A stretch of 64,000 nt of DNA from Chloroflexia bacterium. Lineage in GTDB: Bacteria > Chloroflexota > Chloroflexia > QHBQ01 > JADMIH01. Each line of letters begins with the position of its first letter. Positions within the stretch are counted from its first letter, which is position 1. The DNA lies in contig JBBRDO010000003.1 of assembly GCA_038203825.1 (NCBI GenBank), forward strand, positions 7,591 to 71,590. Direction: 5' to 3'. This document shows, one piece after another, positions 54,543 through 64,000 of the stretch. The translations under genes were made by a program, and so were the position numbers. The notes beneath the pieces were generated by a model, which did no database searches, was not told the origin of the DNA, and was given only the letters and a program-made list of their open reading frames with translations.

Positions 54543-55379
54543 GTGATAATTGACTTTCACACCCACATATTCCCCGACGAGGTGCGACAGGCGCGCTCTG
54601 AATTCCAGGATAGAGACGCCTGGTTCGGGACTTTATATGAGAACCCCCGGAACAAGTTGGCATCAGCCGAAGATATCGTGGCTTCGATGGAGGCGGCCGG
54701 CGTAGATCGTACGGTGGTTTTTGGCTTTCCATGGCGTGATGCCAAGCTCTGTGCCTGGCACAACGACTATCTGATCGAATGCGTTCGTCGATATCCTGAT
54801 AAACTGATTGGTTTCGCCTGCGTGCAGCCGCTCGACGCAGGGGATGCACAGGAACTGGCGCGATGTCTTGACGCGGGGCTGATGGGATTGGGCGAACTGG
54901 GGCCGGACGGTCAGCGTTTTGATATTGAGGACCGCCGCGTCCTTGAAGCCTCTGCTGAGGTGCTACAGCACTATGATAGGCCTTTGCTGACGCACGCAAG
55001 TGAGCCGATGGGGCATTCATACGCGGGTAAGGGTCAAACGTTCCCGTGGAAGCTTCTCAAACTCGCACAGAACTTTCCTCACCTCAAGCTGGTCTTCGCC
55101 CACTGGGGTGGAGGTCTGCCCTTCTACGATTTGATGCCCGAAGTGGGCGAGCATCTCAGAAACGTTTACTATGACACAGCCGCCACCAGTTATCTTTATC
55201 GCTTCGATATATTCCCACTAGCTGCGCGCATCCTCGGCGCGGACCGCATCCTCTGGGGCACCGACTATCCTCTACTGTCGCAGGCCAAAATGCTATCAAG
55301 GATTCGGGACAGCGGCCTCGACGACGTGCAACTGAACGCGGTATTGGGTGGTAACGCCGCCCTCCTCCTGCGCCTCTAA
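54543..55379 (+). CDS. Amidohydrolase-2 (TIM-barrel metal-dependent hydrolase) family protein
   Basis: IIDFHTHIFP start, HWGGG, WGTDYP motifs. Confidence 0.75.
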   Translation: MIIDFHTHIFPDEVRQARSEFQDRDAWFGTLYENPRNKLASAEDIVASMEAAGVDRTVVFGFPWRDAKLCAWHNDYLIECVRRYPDKLIGFACVQPLDAGDAQELARCLDAGLMGLGELGPDGQRFDIEDRRVLEASAEVLQHYDRPLLTHASEPMGHSYAGKGQTFPWKLLKLAQNFPHLKLVFAHWGGGLPFYDLMPEVGEHLRNVYYDTAATSYLYRFDIFPLAARILGADRILWGTDYPLLSQAKMLSRIRDSGLDDVQLNAVLGGNAALLLRL

Positions 55380-55421
55380 ATCATGGCGGCTCTGCTATTC
55401 TCACCAGCCGAAACGTAATAA

Positions 55422-55453
55422 CGAAAGCCCCAGCTCGGTTACAGGGGCTTTCG
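55422..55453. terminator. Bidirectional hairpin between convergent genes
   Basis: CGAAAGCCCC (55422-55431) pairs with GGGGCTTTCG (55444-55453) around a 12-nt loop. Confidence 0.5.
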
Positions 55454-55476
55454 TCTAGGCTATCCAATAGTCATAT

Positions 55477-57006
55477 TTACTGGTCGAGGCTTACCTCGAG
55501 CACACTCTTTTCATCCAGCAATGGGTCGGGCTTGAACTTGAGCACAAGGCCTGTAGCACCCTGGGGCACTTCGTAGCCAACTTCGCCCGTTATCTTTTCG
55601 CCCTTCTTGAGATTCTGCCCCTTCATTGTATCCTGGAAAACCGTGTCAAGTAGGGGATTGGCCTTCGCGCCAGGCGCCCATTGCATGGACTTGCCAGAGG
55701 CGTCGGTTAGCTCTAGCATGAGCAGGCTACTAACTGCCTCACCATTCGCGTCAGTTCCGTTCGTATTCTCGATTGTTACGTTGACGATCGCGAACTCATT
55801 TCCAGCCGTTGGGTTGAGATTGCCGGTTGCTTCCCGGCGCAAACTATTCACGGTAAAGGTGGCCCACTTGATGTTTGTGGGCTGACCAACCCGTCCCGTA
55901 ACCGGCGCGACCGTGTCCGAACCAACTGTAGCATCCGCCGCAGGAGTTAGCGAGACATCGGGAGTGCTGACTTCGGTTGGCGACGTGTCCCTAAGGGGCT
56001 CAACAGTGGGTGTCGCAGCGCCCGCGCCTGCCTCGGCCTTCATCTCCTCAGTAACGGGTACCGTGATTGAGGGATCGTTTTGCCTGGTGAATAAGGCCTG
56101 CAGATCGACCTCAAGCTTGGGGATAGGCGTAGCCGACACGCCGCCGGGGGTGGGTGTACCGCCGAACGCCGAGAAGGCACGTGCCATCAACTCGAAGATG
56201 GCCCCCAAATCCAGGTTGTACTCGATACCGTAAAGTACCTTCTTGCTGGGGTCGATGTACAAGCCACCGCCGCCCAGGTTCAAGTCGCTGACGTCAAGTC
56301 CGCTTGTGTTCTGTCCTTGCAGTAAGTCGGCCATGTCCAGACTAAATGTAAAATGCTTGGTTGTTACTCCCTGTACGGGGACGTCACCTGCATACTGGAA
56401 CTTCTTGATGCTCGTAGTCAGGTCGCCCAGGCTTCCCAGGGGATTGCCGCCGCTTACCATGCTCTCAGGACTGAATGACGCAAGCGGATCGCTCGACGTG
56501 TCGGCGGGCGCTTGCTTCACGTAATTGCCGCTGGCGTCCTTCTTGAAAACTGTGGTTCCTATGACAATTTCCTCGAAGTTCTGACCACCCATCGTACCCG
56601 TAATGTGCACCATGTTGGGGGCTTGATAGTCACCTTCCGCCTGGACAGGCTGGGTGATGTACGTGGACGGTTTGATCTGGATCTGGAAATGGTAAGTCTT
56701 CAGGCCCTGCGCTGAAGTCGTTGCGTCCTTGATAAGCTGAACTTCGTCGTCACTCGCGTTTCGTGAGCCGGCTGCTGTGGTAGACGTGGCCACAGCGGAC
56801 AAGGCGCTAGTCGCGGTCGGGACAGCAGCCGCAGCCTTCGTAGCTGTCGGCAATGTCTCCGCGGCCGTGGTAGCCGTCGCGGGTGGAGCAACAGTAGCGG
56901 TTGGCGGTACAGGCGTTGCTGTGGGGCTATCCCCGCAGGCCGCCAGGCCCATTACCGTCAACATCAACAGAACGAACATCGCCGAAAGAGATTTGAAACC
57001 TTTCAC
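55477..57006 (-). CDS. Lipoprotein with Ala/Thr-rich linker, LppX/LprAFG-like middle and DUF4352-like C-terminal domain
   Basis: Lipobox GLAACG. C-terminal FAIVNVTIENTNG...GYEVP pattern typical of DUF4352 immunoglobulin-like domains. Confidence 0.6.
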   Translation of the reverse strand: MKGFKSLSAMFVLLMLTVMGLAACGDSPTATPVPPTATVAPPATATTAAETLPTATKAAAAVPTATSALSAVATSTTAAGSRNASDDEVQLIKDATTSAQGLKTYHFQIQIKPSTYITQPVQAEGDYQAPNMVHITGTMGGQNFEEIVIGTTVFKKDASGNYVKQAPADTSSDPLASFSPESMVSGGNPLGSLGDLTTSIKKFQYAGDVPVQGVTTKHFTFSLDMADLLQGQNTSGLDVSDLNLGGGGLYIDPSKKVLYGIEYNLDLGAIFELMARAFSAFGGTPTPGGVSATPIPKLEVDLQALFTRQNDPSITVPVTEEMKAEAGAGAATPTVEPLRDTSPTEVSTPDVSLTPAADATVGSDTVAPVTGRVGQPTNIKWATFTVNSLRREATGNLNPTAGNEFAIVNVTIENTNGTDANGEAVSSLLMLELTDASGKSMQWAPGAKANPLLDTVFQDTMKGQNLKKGEKITGEVGYEVPQGATGLVLKFKPDPLLDEKSVLEVSLDQ

Positions 57007-57130
57007 TATTTCCTCCTTGAGAAGTCTAGAGACGCTGTGCCTGCAGTGCCTGATTCGAACAGCGGTCCGATAATTATACCTGAATGTGCAACAGCCCGCA
57101 GCAATTCATGTGAGTCGCAATTCCTTTTAT

Positions 57131-57961
57131 CTAGGCGGTATCGCCCTCGTGCAGCAGCTCAAGCAGGAGGGGATGCAGGTTCACCCCGGCCGCTACTGCA
57201 CTGCCCTTGCCGGAACGGCGGGGTGCCCCCTGCCAGTCCGTGACTAACCCCCCTGATTCTTGGACGAGAAGCAATGCCGCGGCAATGTCCCAGGGCTGCA
57301 GACTCAGGTGGTAGTAAGCATCAAGCCTGCCTGCAGCGACGTAAGTCAAAGATAGCGCCGCTGAGCCGAGGTGGCGTACTTTGCCGACGCGAGGCTGAAC
57401 CCGCGCAACGAGTTCTACCATCTGCGCCGAGATCTGAGCATCGTGCCCGATGTCATAGGCAACGATTGCCATCTCCAGGCCCGTTTTGGTCGAGCATCGT
57501 ATAGGGTAACCGTTCAATGTTGCACCGCCTCCCTGTGTGGCCGTGAAGAGCTCTTCGTGGAGCGGATCGTAGATGGCACATGCAAGGATTGCACCTTCTG
57601 CAGAAGCGACCGCCACCGATACGCACCAGAAGGGTATCTGGTTTGCATAATTGTGGGTACCATCGATCGGGTCGACCATCCAGACCGGAGTGTGATCGCC
57701 TGCCGTTCCACTTGATTGGCCGCTCTCCTCAGCGAGATAGGCGTGCTGCGGGAAATGTCCTTGCAAAACGGACAGCGCGGCCTTTTCAGCCGCATTGTCG
57801 TACTGTGTGACAATGTCTGTACCGCCCTTGGAGCGAATTTCCAATGGACCCCTGAAGCCGAGTAAGGCCACAGCACCAGCGGCCTTTGCAGCCTCACAGG
57901 CGGCCTCCTGCAGGATTCTTAGCGGTGGGTACTGCTGCACTGTCGTCAAGTCTGACTCCAT
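57131..57961 (-). CDS. Inositol monophosphatase family protein
   Basis: WMVDPIDGTHNY, WDIAAA.LLV.E(S/A)GG motifs. ATG 57961 sits directly after the upstream stop (57964-57966), so the track start 58114 is rejected. Confidence 0.85.
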   Translation of the reverse strand: MESDLTTVQQYPPLRILQEAACEAAKAAGAVALLGFRGPLEIRSKGGTDIVTQYDNAAEKAALSVLQGHFPQHAYLAEESGQSSGTAGDHTPVWMVDPIDGTHNYANQIPFWCVSVAVASAEGAILACAIYDPLHEELFTATQGGGATLNGYPIRCSTKTGLEMAIVAYDIGHDAQISAQMVELVARVQPRVGKVRHLGSAALSLTYVAAGRLDAYYHLSLQPWDIAAALLLVQESGGLVTDWQGAPRRSGKGSAVAAGVNLHPLLLELLHEGDTA

Positions 57962-57963
57962 GT

Positions 57964-59220
57964 CTACCTGCTTGGACTTGAAGTGGGCGCCGGCGCTGCC
58001 GCTGTGGAGCTCGGGCTTATCTGGACTGGCACAACCGCAGTCGGCAAATCGCCGGGCACGGGGGTATCGTTTATTCCTGGCAGGCGAATATCTGAGGGTA
58101 GTCCGCTGGTGCAAGACGGGTTATTCGAAACCAGGAAGGTTGCCATGATCTGGACGTTATAGTTCTGGCGTGTTGAGCATATCCAGTTGATGAAAGCATC
58201 GGTCTTGGTCTCTGACGTACCAGTGGCAGGCATATGCTGGTTGGCAACTACGGTATAAACGATGTTCTCAATGATAGTCCGCCTGTACGTCGCCTCGCTG
58301 ACCTGCAGTCGACAAAGCAAATCGTTGAAAGACTCCGCGCCTTTCCGATCGCTAGCATAGGCCTGGTCAACGAGAGTTTTCTGCTGGTCCTCGGTCGGGT
58401 ATAGACCTTCTTTCTTGGCCTGTTGCTGGATGACTTCCATGTTGATCAATTTGTCGAGAGAGTCGAATTTGAGAGCATCGAGGGCTCGCGTACCTGTGAT
58501 GGTACTGGAATCGAAGAAGGAGGCAAACAGCGGATCACTCAAGACATTTCGTTTGTCTGTGCTTTCGCGAACGTCCCAGTCGCGTTGGTATATCGGGACA
58601 TTGTCAACGGTCGCCACCGTTGCGCCGGTTGGTATATCGGCCGGCACGCAACTGCCCTTGTTTTGGAGATAGGAAACGCCGACGGCTATCCCGAACCCGA
58701 GCACCGCGATCAAAATGATGTAGGGCAGGTACGATACCCAGCTTCGACTTGGGCGGGCTGCGCCACCAATTGCATAAGAGCCAGCGCGGCGCGATTGCGA
58801 CGCAGACACGGAAGCTCTCGTTTGTGCGCGTGTTTGGGATGTTCGCTGCTGTTGCTTACGCGCAGGCGGTGCATTCCGAGACCGCTCCTCTCGTGAAGCA
58901 GCATCCTTGACCTTGGCGGCCACGCGCTTGGTTGCCCCCGCAGGCGGGGGGGCCGTTTTCTGCTCCACAAGGCTACCGTCAAGTTGAGCGCGCCGGTCAG
59001 GGTCGACCAGCGTATCGCGCGCTCCGTTGAGGGCATTAAGCAACTCCACAGCCCTCGGGTCGCCCGCCTGCGCCGGAGCTTCGTATTCATCGAAGAGTGC
59101 ATCGTATGCATCCTCAATCTCGTCGAGGGTAGCGCTTGCGGGTATTTGCAGGATTTCGTACGGATTCATGTTCATTGGTGAATCGTGTTGACTACTTGCG
59201 TTTTTTGGGCGCGACGGCAA
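57964..59220 (-). CDS. J-like domain (no HPD) + basic linker + TM + SurA-N/PpiD-like chaperone domain protein
   Basis: NPYEILQIPASATLDEIEDAYDALFDEY...ARDTLVDPDRRAQLD resembles a J-domain but has EAP where HPD is expected. TM YLPYIILIAVLGFGIAVGV. LDKLINMEVIQQQAKKEGL is a SurA_N-like segment. Start uncertain (TTG 59220, ATG 59175 or ATG 59169). Confidence 0.6.
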   Translation of the reverse strand: MPSRPKNASSQHDSPMNMNPYEILQIPASATLDEIEDAYDALFDEYEAPAQAGDPRAVELLNALNGARDTLVDPDRRAQLDGSLVEQKTAPPPAGATKRVAAKVKDAASREERSRNAPPARKQQQRTSQTRAQTRASVSASQSRRAGSYAIGGAARPSRSWVSYLPYIILIAVLGFGIAVGVSYLQNKGSCVPADIPTGATVATVDNVPIYQRDWDVRESTDKRNVLSDPLFASFFDSSTITGTRALDALKFDSLDKLINMEVIQQQAKKEGLYPTEDQQKTLVDQAYASDRKGAESFNDLLCRLQVSEATYRRTIIENIVYTVVANQHMPATGTSETKTDAFINWICSTRQNYNVQIMATFLVSNNPSCTSGLPSDIRLPGINDTPVPGDLPTAVVPVQISPSSTAAAPAPTSSPSR

Positions 59221-59231
59221 CCTTGTTAGCT

Positions 59232-61043
59232 TTACTTATTTGTCGGCTCTTCAAGTGATAGTACGGCCATGAAAGCCTCCTGGGGGATCTCTACGCTTCC
59301 CACCATCTTCATGCGAGCCTTGCCTTCCTTTTGCTTTTCAAGCAGTTTGCGCTTGCGGCTGATATCGCCACCATAGCACTTTGCGATGACGTTCTTGCGG
59401 ATCGCGGCGATCGTCTCACGGGCGATTACTTTGCTGCCGACGGCAGCCTGTATGGGCACTTCGAACATCTGTCGGGGTATCAGTTTGCGTAGTCGATCGA
59501 CAAGTTGCCTGCCCTGGTACGCGGCCTTATCCCGGTGAGTGATGATGCTGAGCGCGTCAACGGGAGCCGCGTTCACGAGTATATCTAACTTCACCAAGTC
59601 AGCTGCCCTGTACTCGGCCAGGTGATAGTCCAGCGAGGCATAGCCCTGGGTGCGCGACTTCAACTGGTCGTAGAAGTCCACGATCAGTTCGCCCAGCGGT
59701 ATCTCGTACTCCAACACAACGCGCTCATCATCCAGATAGTCCATCTTCTTGTACGCGCCGCGGCGGCTTGTTACCAGTTCCATTATCGAGCCGATATAGC
59801 GGGCCGGACTTACGACGCTTATTGCCATCCAAGGCTCCTCGATAGTCCTTATGTTGCCGGGCGGTGGCATATCGGCCGGGTTATCGACGATAACGGTGCT
59901 ACCGTCAGTTCGCGTGACACTATACTCAACATTCGGCGCCGTCATCAGCAAGGTGAGATTGTATTCGCGCTCAAGGCGCTCGCGGATAATCTCCATGTGC
60001 AGAAGGCCTAGGAAACCACACCTAAAGCCGAAGCCCAGCGCGACACTTGTTTCAGGCTCGTACACGAGTGAAGCGTCGTTCAAGTGGAGCCTATCCAATG
60101 CCTGGCGCAAATCTCCGTACTCATCACTTTCGACCGGAAAGATGCCCGCGAAGACCATCGGCTTGACGGGACGGTATCCCGGCAATGGATCGGTGCTTGG
60201 CCTGCGGAGTGAGGTAATGGTATCACCCACCTGGCAGTCTCTCACTATCTTCAGGCCGGTGGCGATATACCCTACTTCGCCCGTCTTAAGTGTGCTGATC
60301 GGCGTCAGATTGGGGGCAAAGATACCGAGCTCTTGCGCCTCTGTGCTTGCGACGGTAGACATGACCAGCAACGGTTCGCCCTGTTTCACCTCTCCATCGA
60401 CGATGCGGACGTAGGCTATGACACCCTTATACGCATCATAATGGCTGTCGAAGACCAACGCCCGCAATGGCTTGTCAGGATCACCCGCCGGCGGAGGCAC
60501 TCGCTTTACGACCGCTTCCAGAATGTCAACAACCCCTGTACCTTCTTTGGCAGATGCGAAAATTACTTCTTCAGCGGGAAGACCGATCACCTTTTCGATC
60601 TCGTCTGCCACCATGTCGGGCTGGGCCGATGGCAAGTCAATCTTGTTCACCACGGGCACAATTTCAAGATTGCCTTCGAGCGCGAGGTACGTGTTAGCCA
60701 GCGTCTGCGCTTCGATACCCTGCGTTGCGTCAACGATCAGCAGAGCACCTTCGCAAGCGGCCAACGATCTGCTGACCTCGTAAGTGAAGTCGACGTGGCC
60801 CGGGGTGTCGATAAGGTTCAGTTCGTATGTTTGACCGTCCAGCGCAAGATACTTCATCCTCACGGCGCGTGCCTTTATTGTAATGCCCTTCTCGCGCTCC
60901 AGTGGCATTGAGTCAAGAACCTGCGCGACCATGTCACGCTTGGACACTGTGCCCGTGATCTCAAGCAGCCGATCGGCAAGAGTTGACTTGCCGTGATCTA
61001 TGTGAGCGATTATGCAAAAATTGCGTATGGAGTCTTGGGGCAT
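59232..61043 (-). CDS. lepA: Elongation factor 4
   Basis: [36 protein letters not shown], and the LepA-specific C-terminal domain. Confidence 0.95.
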   Translation of the reverse strand: MPQDSIRNFCIIAHIDHGKSTLADRLLEITGTVSKRDMVAQVLDSMPLEREKGITIKARAVRMKYLALDGQTYELNLIDTPGHVDFTYEVSRSLAACEGALLIVDATQGIEAQTLANTYLALEGNLEIVPVVNKIDLPSAQPDMVADEIEKVIGLPAEEVIFASAKEGTGVVDILEAVVKRVPPPAGDPDKPLRALVFDSHYDAYKGVIAYVRIVDGEVKQGEPLLVMSTVASTEAQELGIFAPNLTPISTLKTGEVGYIATGLKIVRDCQVGDTITSLRRPSTDPLPGYRPVKPMVFAGIFPVESDEYGDLRQALDRLHLNDASLVYEPETSVALGFGFRCGFLGLLHMEIIRERLEREYNLTLLMTAPNVEYSVTRTDGSTVIVDNPADMPPPGNIRTIEEPWMAISVVSPARYIGSIMELVTSRRGAYKKMDYLDDERVVLEYEIPLGELIVDFYDQLKSRTQGYASLDYHLAEYRAADLVKLDILVNAAPVDALSIITHRDKAAYQGRQLVDRLRKLIPRQMFEVPIQAAVGSKVIARETIAAIRKNVIAKCYGGDISRKRKLLEKQKEGKARMKMVGSVEIPQEAFMAVLSLEEPTNK

Positions 61044-61140
61044 CGGATCCGGTTGCTGTGCAGAGGAAGATTGACATTGCGATTTTTGTCAAAAAGAATG
61101 CGCTCATCGGAGCGCAGTAACATCGTGACCATCTTGTGCC

Positions 61141-61170
61141 AGTATAGGAATTGTCCTACCCATTTGTCAA
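61141..61170 (-). promoter_or_regulatory. Candidate lepA promoter (TTGACA-18 nt-TATACT on minus strand)
   Basis: The plus strand shows AGTATA at 61141-61146 and TGTCAA at 61165-61170. Confidence 0.45.
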
Positions 61171-61330
61171 GAAAAACACCGTTTTCGTGCCATAAGATTG
61201 CACATTGAACACGATCATCTAGAGTGTAAAGCCGTGGAAAAGTGGACGCCGTGCACCGGGCATATGTAGCGCAAGTATGGACTTTATGCAGCCTGCCTCC
61301 CGTTACGACATCTGTTTTAGTAGCAGATAG

Positions 61331-62932
61331 CTATTGGGGCTTCAGTGCGGTATCGGTGTAGGTATTGCCGAAGTTCCATAGCATCCATCCTGCCCCACCA
61401 TTTTGTTCGGCAGCATCAATCTCACCACGCACCTTGACTGCATCATATGGGACGTTTTGAACGGTGAAGTCTTGCAACCAGGGTCGTACTTTTGCCCCTG
61501 AGTTTGCCAGCCGGCCGGTTGCATGCTTCATTGTGTAGGCAACAATCTCGGCAGGATGCTCGATCGGATGTGCGTAGTCAGCAAAGCCGTCGGGATAGTC
61601 CGATGGATAGAGGTAGGGGCAGATATAGTCGGTATGTGCGACCAGCACTTCAAAGTTCTGCCCTATCCCCATATCATCGCTGACGAACGGAGTAAAAGCC
61701 AGGATGTCAGTGGAGACGTACGTGCCCTGCGGGGAAAGCTCGGTATATGCGCGTTCCAGGAAGCCACCTATCGCGTCCACACGCTTTTTGCCAACGGCAT
61801 CGGAACCGTAGTTGATATCCTCAAGGTCGCCTGCAGATGGGAAGTAAGCAAAGTCAAACTGCACCTCATCGAAGCCCTTTTGTGCAACTTCCTTGGCTAT
61901 GCTGATGTTATAGTCCCAAACAGATGTATTATAGGGGTTAGCCCAGCGCGTGCCGTTGCTTGATTGCCAAGCCTGACCTGGTGCTTTGATGCTTTGCAGT
62001 GCCCATTCGGGCTTGGCGCTGGTAAGCGCCTGGTCCCAGAACACCGGCAAGCGCGCAATCGTATATATGCCCTTCGCCTTAAGTTCTGCTAGCAGGCTAT
62101 CGAGATTCGAAATAATCGGGTCGGAGGTATTCAGTTGTTGAACAAGTGGAAGTTGGCTCGCGTACAAGACCTGACCGCTGTTGTCCGCCTTCACGTCAAT
62201 AACGACACTGTTCAACTCGGTGCTGTCGACCAGATCCAGAAGTGCCTGGAGTTTGCCCGGCGTTGCTATCGTGTCGGAGTTGATATAGATTGCCTTTGCG
62301 ACGAAAGGTGTCAGCGTGACATTTTGGGTCACGACTTGGCCAACGTCAACGCTACTTGCACGATAGCCTGGCGCCTTTACCACCAATTTGCGGCTGCCAG
62401 TTATATTGTTGAGTTGGTACGCGCCGTCTGAACCCGATAGAATTCGTGTTCCGTTCACAATTATGCTTGCACCGGGAACGGGAGCACCGTCCGGGGTCAC
62501 TATTTTCCCCCTCAACACATTGGGAACCATCTTGACATCGAGAGTTGTATTGCCCTCGGCTGTTATGGTTTGCGAAGAATAGCCATCGGCAGAAATGGTG
62601 ACAATCGGCTGATCCGGAACGCGCTCGAAGTTGAATTCACCCTTTGCTCCGGTTGCGACGGTCATGGCTAACGAAGGAGCTATCGGAAGCACACCCGAAG
62701 GTGGAACCCCTCCTACGACAACTATGGGGGCACCCGCGATCGGATTACCAGAAAAGGCATTAGTTACGGTGCCTGAAAGGCTCTTGAACGCGAAGACGTG
62801 AAAGTAGAAGAGGCCCGCAGCAGCCAACAACGCGACGAGCAGATAAGGCAGCGGGGAGGGAACTTTACGAACTTTATTGCGGTTCGAAAAGTTTGTGTAC
62901 GAACTATAGGTTGATCGCCTGCGACGACTCAT
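61331..62932 (-). CDS. Membrane-anchored DUF4015-type putative glycoside hydrolase with N-terminal carboxypeptidase-regulatory-like domains
   Basis: TM near the N-terminus and two Ig-like GxxIxGAxV segments. TIM-barrel-like core with GFDEVQFDFAYFPS and WANPY motifs. Confidence 0.65.
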   Translation of the reverse strand: MSRRRRSTYSSYTNFSNRNKVRKVPSPLPYLLVALLAAAGLFYFHVFAFKSLSGTVTNAFSGNPIAGAPIVVVGGVPPSGVLPIAPSLAMTVATGAKGEFNFERVPDQPIVTISADGYSSQTITAEGNTTLDVKMVPNVLRGKIVTPDGAPVPGASIIVNGTRILSGSDGAYQLNNITGSRKLVVKAPGYRASSVDVGQVVTQNVTLTPFVAKAIYINSDTIATPGKLQALLDLVDSTELNSVVIDVKADNSGQVLYASQLPLVQQLNTSDPIISNLDSLLAELKAKGIYTIARLPVFWDQALTSAKPEWALQSIKAPGQAWQSSNGTRWANPYNTSVWDYNISIAKEVAQKGFDEVQFDFAYFPSAGDLEDINYGSDAVGKKRVDAIGGFLERAYTELSPQGTYVSTDILAFTPFVSDDMGIGQNFEVLVAHTDYICPYLYPSDYPDGFADYAHPIEHPAEIVAYTMKHATGRLANSGAKVRPWLQDFTVQNVPYDAVKVRGEIDAAEQNGGAGWMLWNFGNTYTDTALKPQ

Positions 62933-63093
62933 AAGTGTGACTCAAACGCCTGGTACTGTGCAGGTTCCTGGCGTGTAACGTACTGCTGATCGTGTTGGGC
63001 GCGTAAGACTCGGACGCTAAAGTTCCGACACTGGCTCGGTGACTGTAGCTTGCTGTATGGTGCCCGGTAAGCGACAGTCACTAGGTCCAGGTA

Positions 63094-64000
63094 CTATTTA
63101 GTAAATGCACTGCGCGGTTGGAAGTCGATAAAGGGATCCCACATGAGCCAACCCCAAGAGTTTGTTTCTTGTGCAGCCTGTATCTGCTCAGCAACCTTGG
63201 TAGTTCCGGGGCTTGTATAATCGGCATCAGGCCAGTCGAAATCCTCCAGCCATGGGCGATATTTTGTCTTTTTGCCCGCGAAGAGTGCCTCGGCGTACTC
63301 GCCCGACTTATGCACCAGCTTATAAGCACATTGCGAAGGGTGGGCGCACCCCTGCTCACCCGCGCTGAAGTGCGATGGATATATCATTGGCGAGATATAA
63401 TCCGTGTCATCAATCAGCGCCGGAATAACCTGACCTATGACGCCAAGCAACGGCACGCCGTCCTGATCAGGCCATAGGCTATACCCGAACACGTCTATCG
63501 ACATAAATGAGTCCGTCGGCTCGACGACACTATGTACCTTGCTGAGGAAACCCTTCAACTGTGCGACCTTGCCTGTATCCGTGATTGCGCCTGCGGCAAA
63601 GACCATGTCGCCGGTTTCGCTGGGGGCTGGGTCTGATGGGAAACGTATATAGTCGTACTGTACCTCATCGAAGCCCAGGGTCAACACTTCTTTGGTCATA
63701 TCTACCATGTGCTGCTGCACGGCTGGGTTAGAAGGATCGAGCCACTCTTGCTGCGCAGCATAGCCGCCCTTCCACTGCTTGCCTGTTGTGCTGCTCTTTA
63801 CAGCCCAGTCGGGGCGGGCCTCTGCCATTGACTTTTGCTGGAAAGTTACCACGCGCGCTATCACATAGAGACCCTGGTCCTTGAGCTTCTTCACGAGCGC
63901 CGGCATGTCAGTTAGGAACTCGTCTGTGTTCTTTGCGTCGATCGCTTCTTTGTTCTTTACATCGAAGACCCACTGCGAAGCGTCATTCTGAACATTCAAT
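63094..64000 (-). CDS. DUF4015-type putative glycoside hydrolase, paralogue; 5' end beyond window edge
   Basis: GFDEVQYDYIRFPSD, WLDPSNP, RPWLEDF are collinear with the neighbouring paralogue. The ORF is still open at nt 63999. Confidence 0.6.
   Translation of the reverse strand, partial: LNVQNDASQWVFDVKNKEAIDAKNTDEFLTDMPALVKKLKDQGLYVIARVVTFQQKSMAEARPDWAVKSSTTGKQWKGGYAAQQEWLDPSNPAVQQHMVDMTKEVLTLGFDEVQYDYIRFPSDPAPSETGDMVFAAGAITDTGKVAQLKGFLSKVHSVVEPTDSFMSIDVFGYSLWPDQDGVPLLGVIGQVIPALIDDTDYISPMIYPSHFSAGEQGCAHPSQCAYKLVHKSGEYAEALFAGKKTKYRPWLEDFDWPDADYTSPGTTKVAEQIQAAQETNSWGWLMWDPFIDFQPRSAFTK

Noticed and set aside
57962-58114. Long N-terminal extension of the IMPase ORF (track start 58114; coordinates given high to low for the minus strand).
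   Set aside because: It would overlap the preceding gene by about 150 nt. ATG 57961 directly follows that gene's stop and gives a normal-length IMPase.

Overview
This is a gene-dense 64-kb chromosomal segment with about 55 protein genes and, by eye, a moderately high GC content. PT-rich linkers, many membrane-anchored exoproteins and frequent TTG/GTG starts suggest a Chloroflexota-like monoderm. That assignment is inference only and cannot be verified here.

Most of the content is housekeeping:
- DNA repair and recombination: mutL, ruvA, maf.
- Translation: lepA, rpmI-rplT, a TrmH-type methyltransferase.
- Cofactor and nucleotide metabolism: folB, folD, hemW, a polyprenyl synthase, adenine deaminase, PncC.
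- Proteases: an M16 and an S41 peptidase.
- Small enzymes: several GNAT acetyltransferases and histidine phosphatases.
- Thiamine salvage: a TPP-riboswitch-controlled ABC importer next to thiamine pyrophosphokinase.

I saw no rRNA, tRNA, CRISPR array, transposase, integrase, or recognisable defence or toxin-antitoxin module. I did not find a clear-cut multi-gene novel system. The candidates most worth a second look are:
1. An orphan consensus promoter, 20-codon uORF and terminator leader upstream of a SWIM mini-protein (15.8-16.1 kb).
2. A surface-protein cluster (28.8-33.1 kb): an LTD plus 3x PPC exoprotein, then a His-rich membrane protein with a sortase-like domain lacking the catalytic Cys, then an SGNH-like protein lacking the catalytic triad.
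3. Tandem KimA-type K+ transporters with long N-terminal extensions, downstream of proline dehydrogenase (33.2-39.0 kb).
4. A Rad52/Sak-like annealing protein with a tiny basic partner, outside any visible prophage (39.9-41.0 kb).
5. A 773-aa protein with an XPB/Ssl2 N-terminal-like domain but no helicase core, immediately upstream of ruvA on the same strand, with maf further downstream (51.1-53.5 kb).
6. Two zinc-ribbon plus PH-like proteins, and a J-like domain without the HPD motif fused to a SurA-like chaperone domain.

All family assignments come from motif recognition by eye and need hmmscan, HHpred or structure-prediction confirmation.
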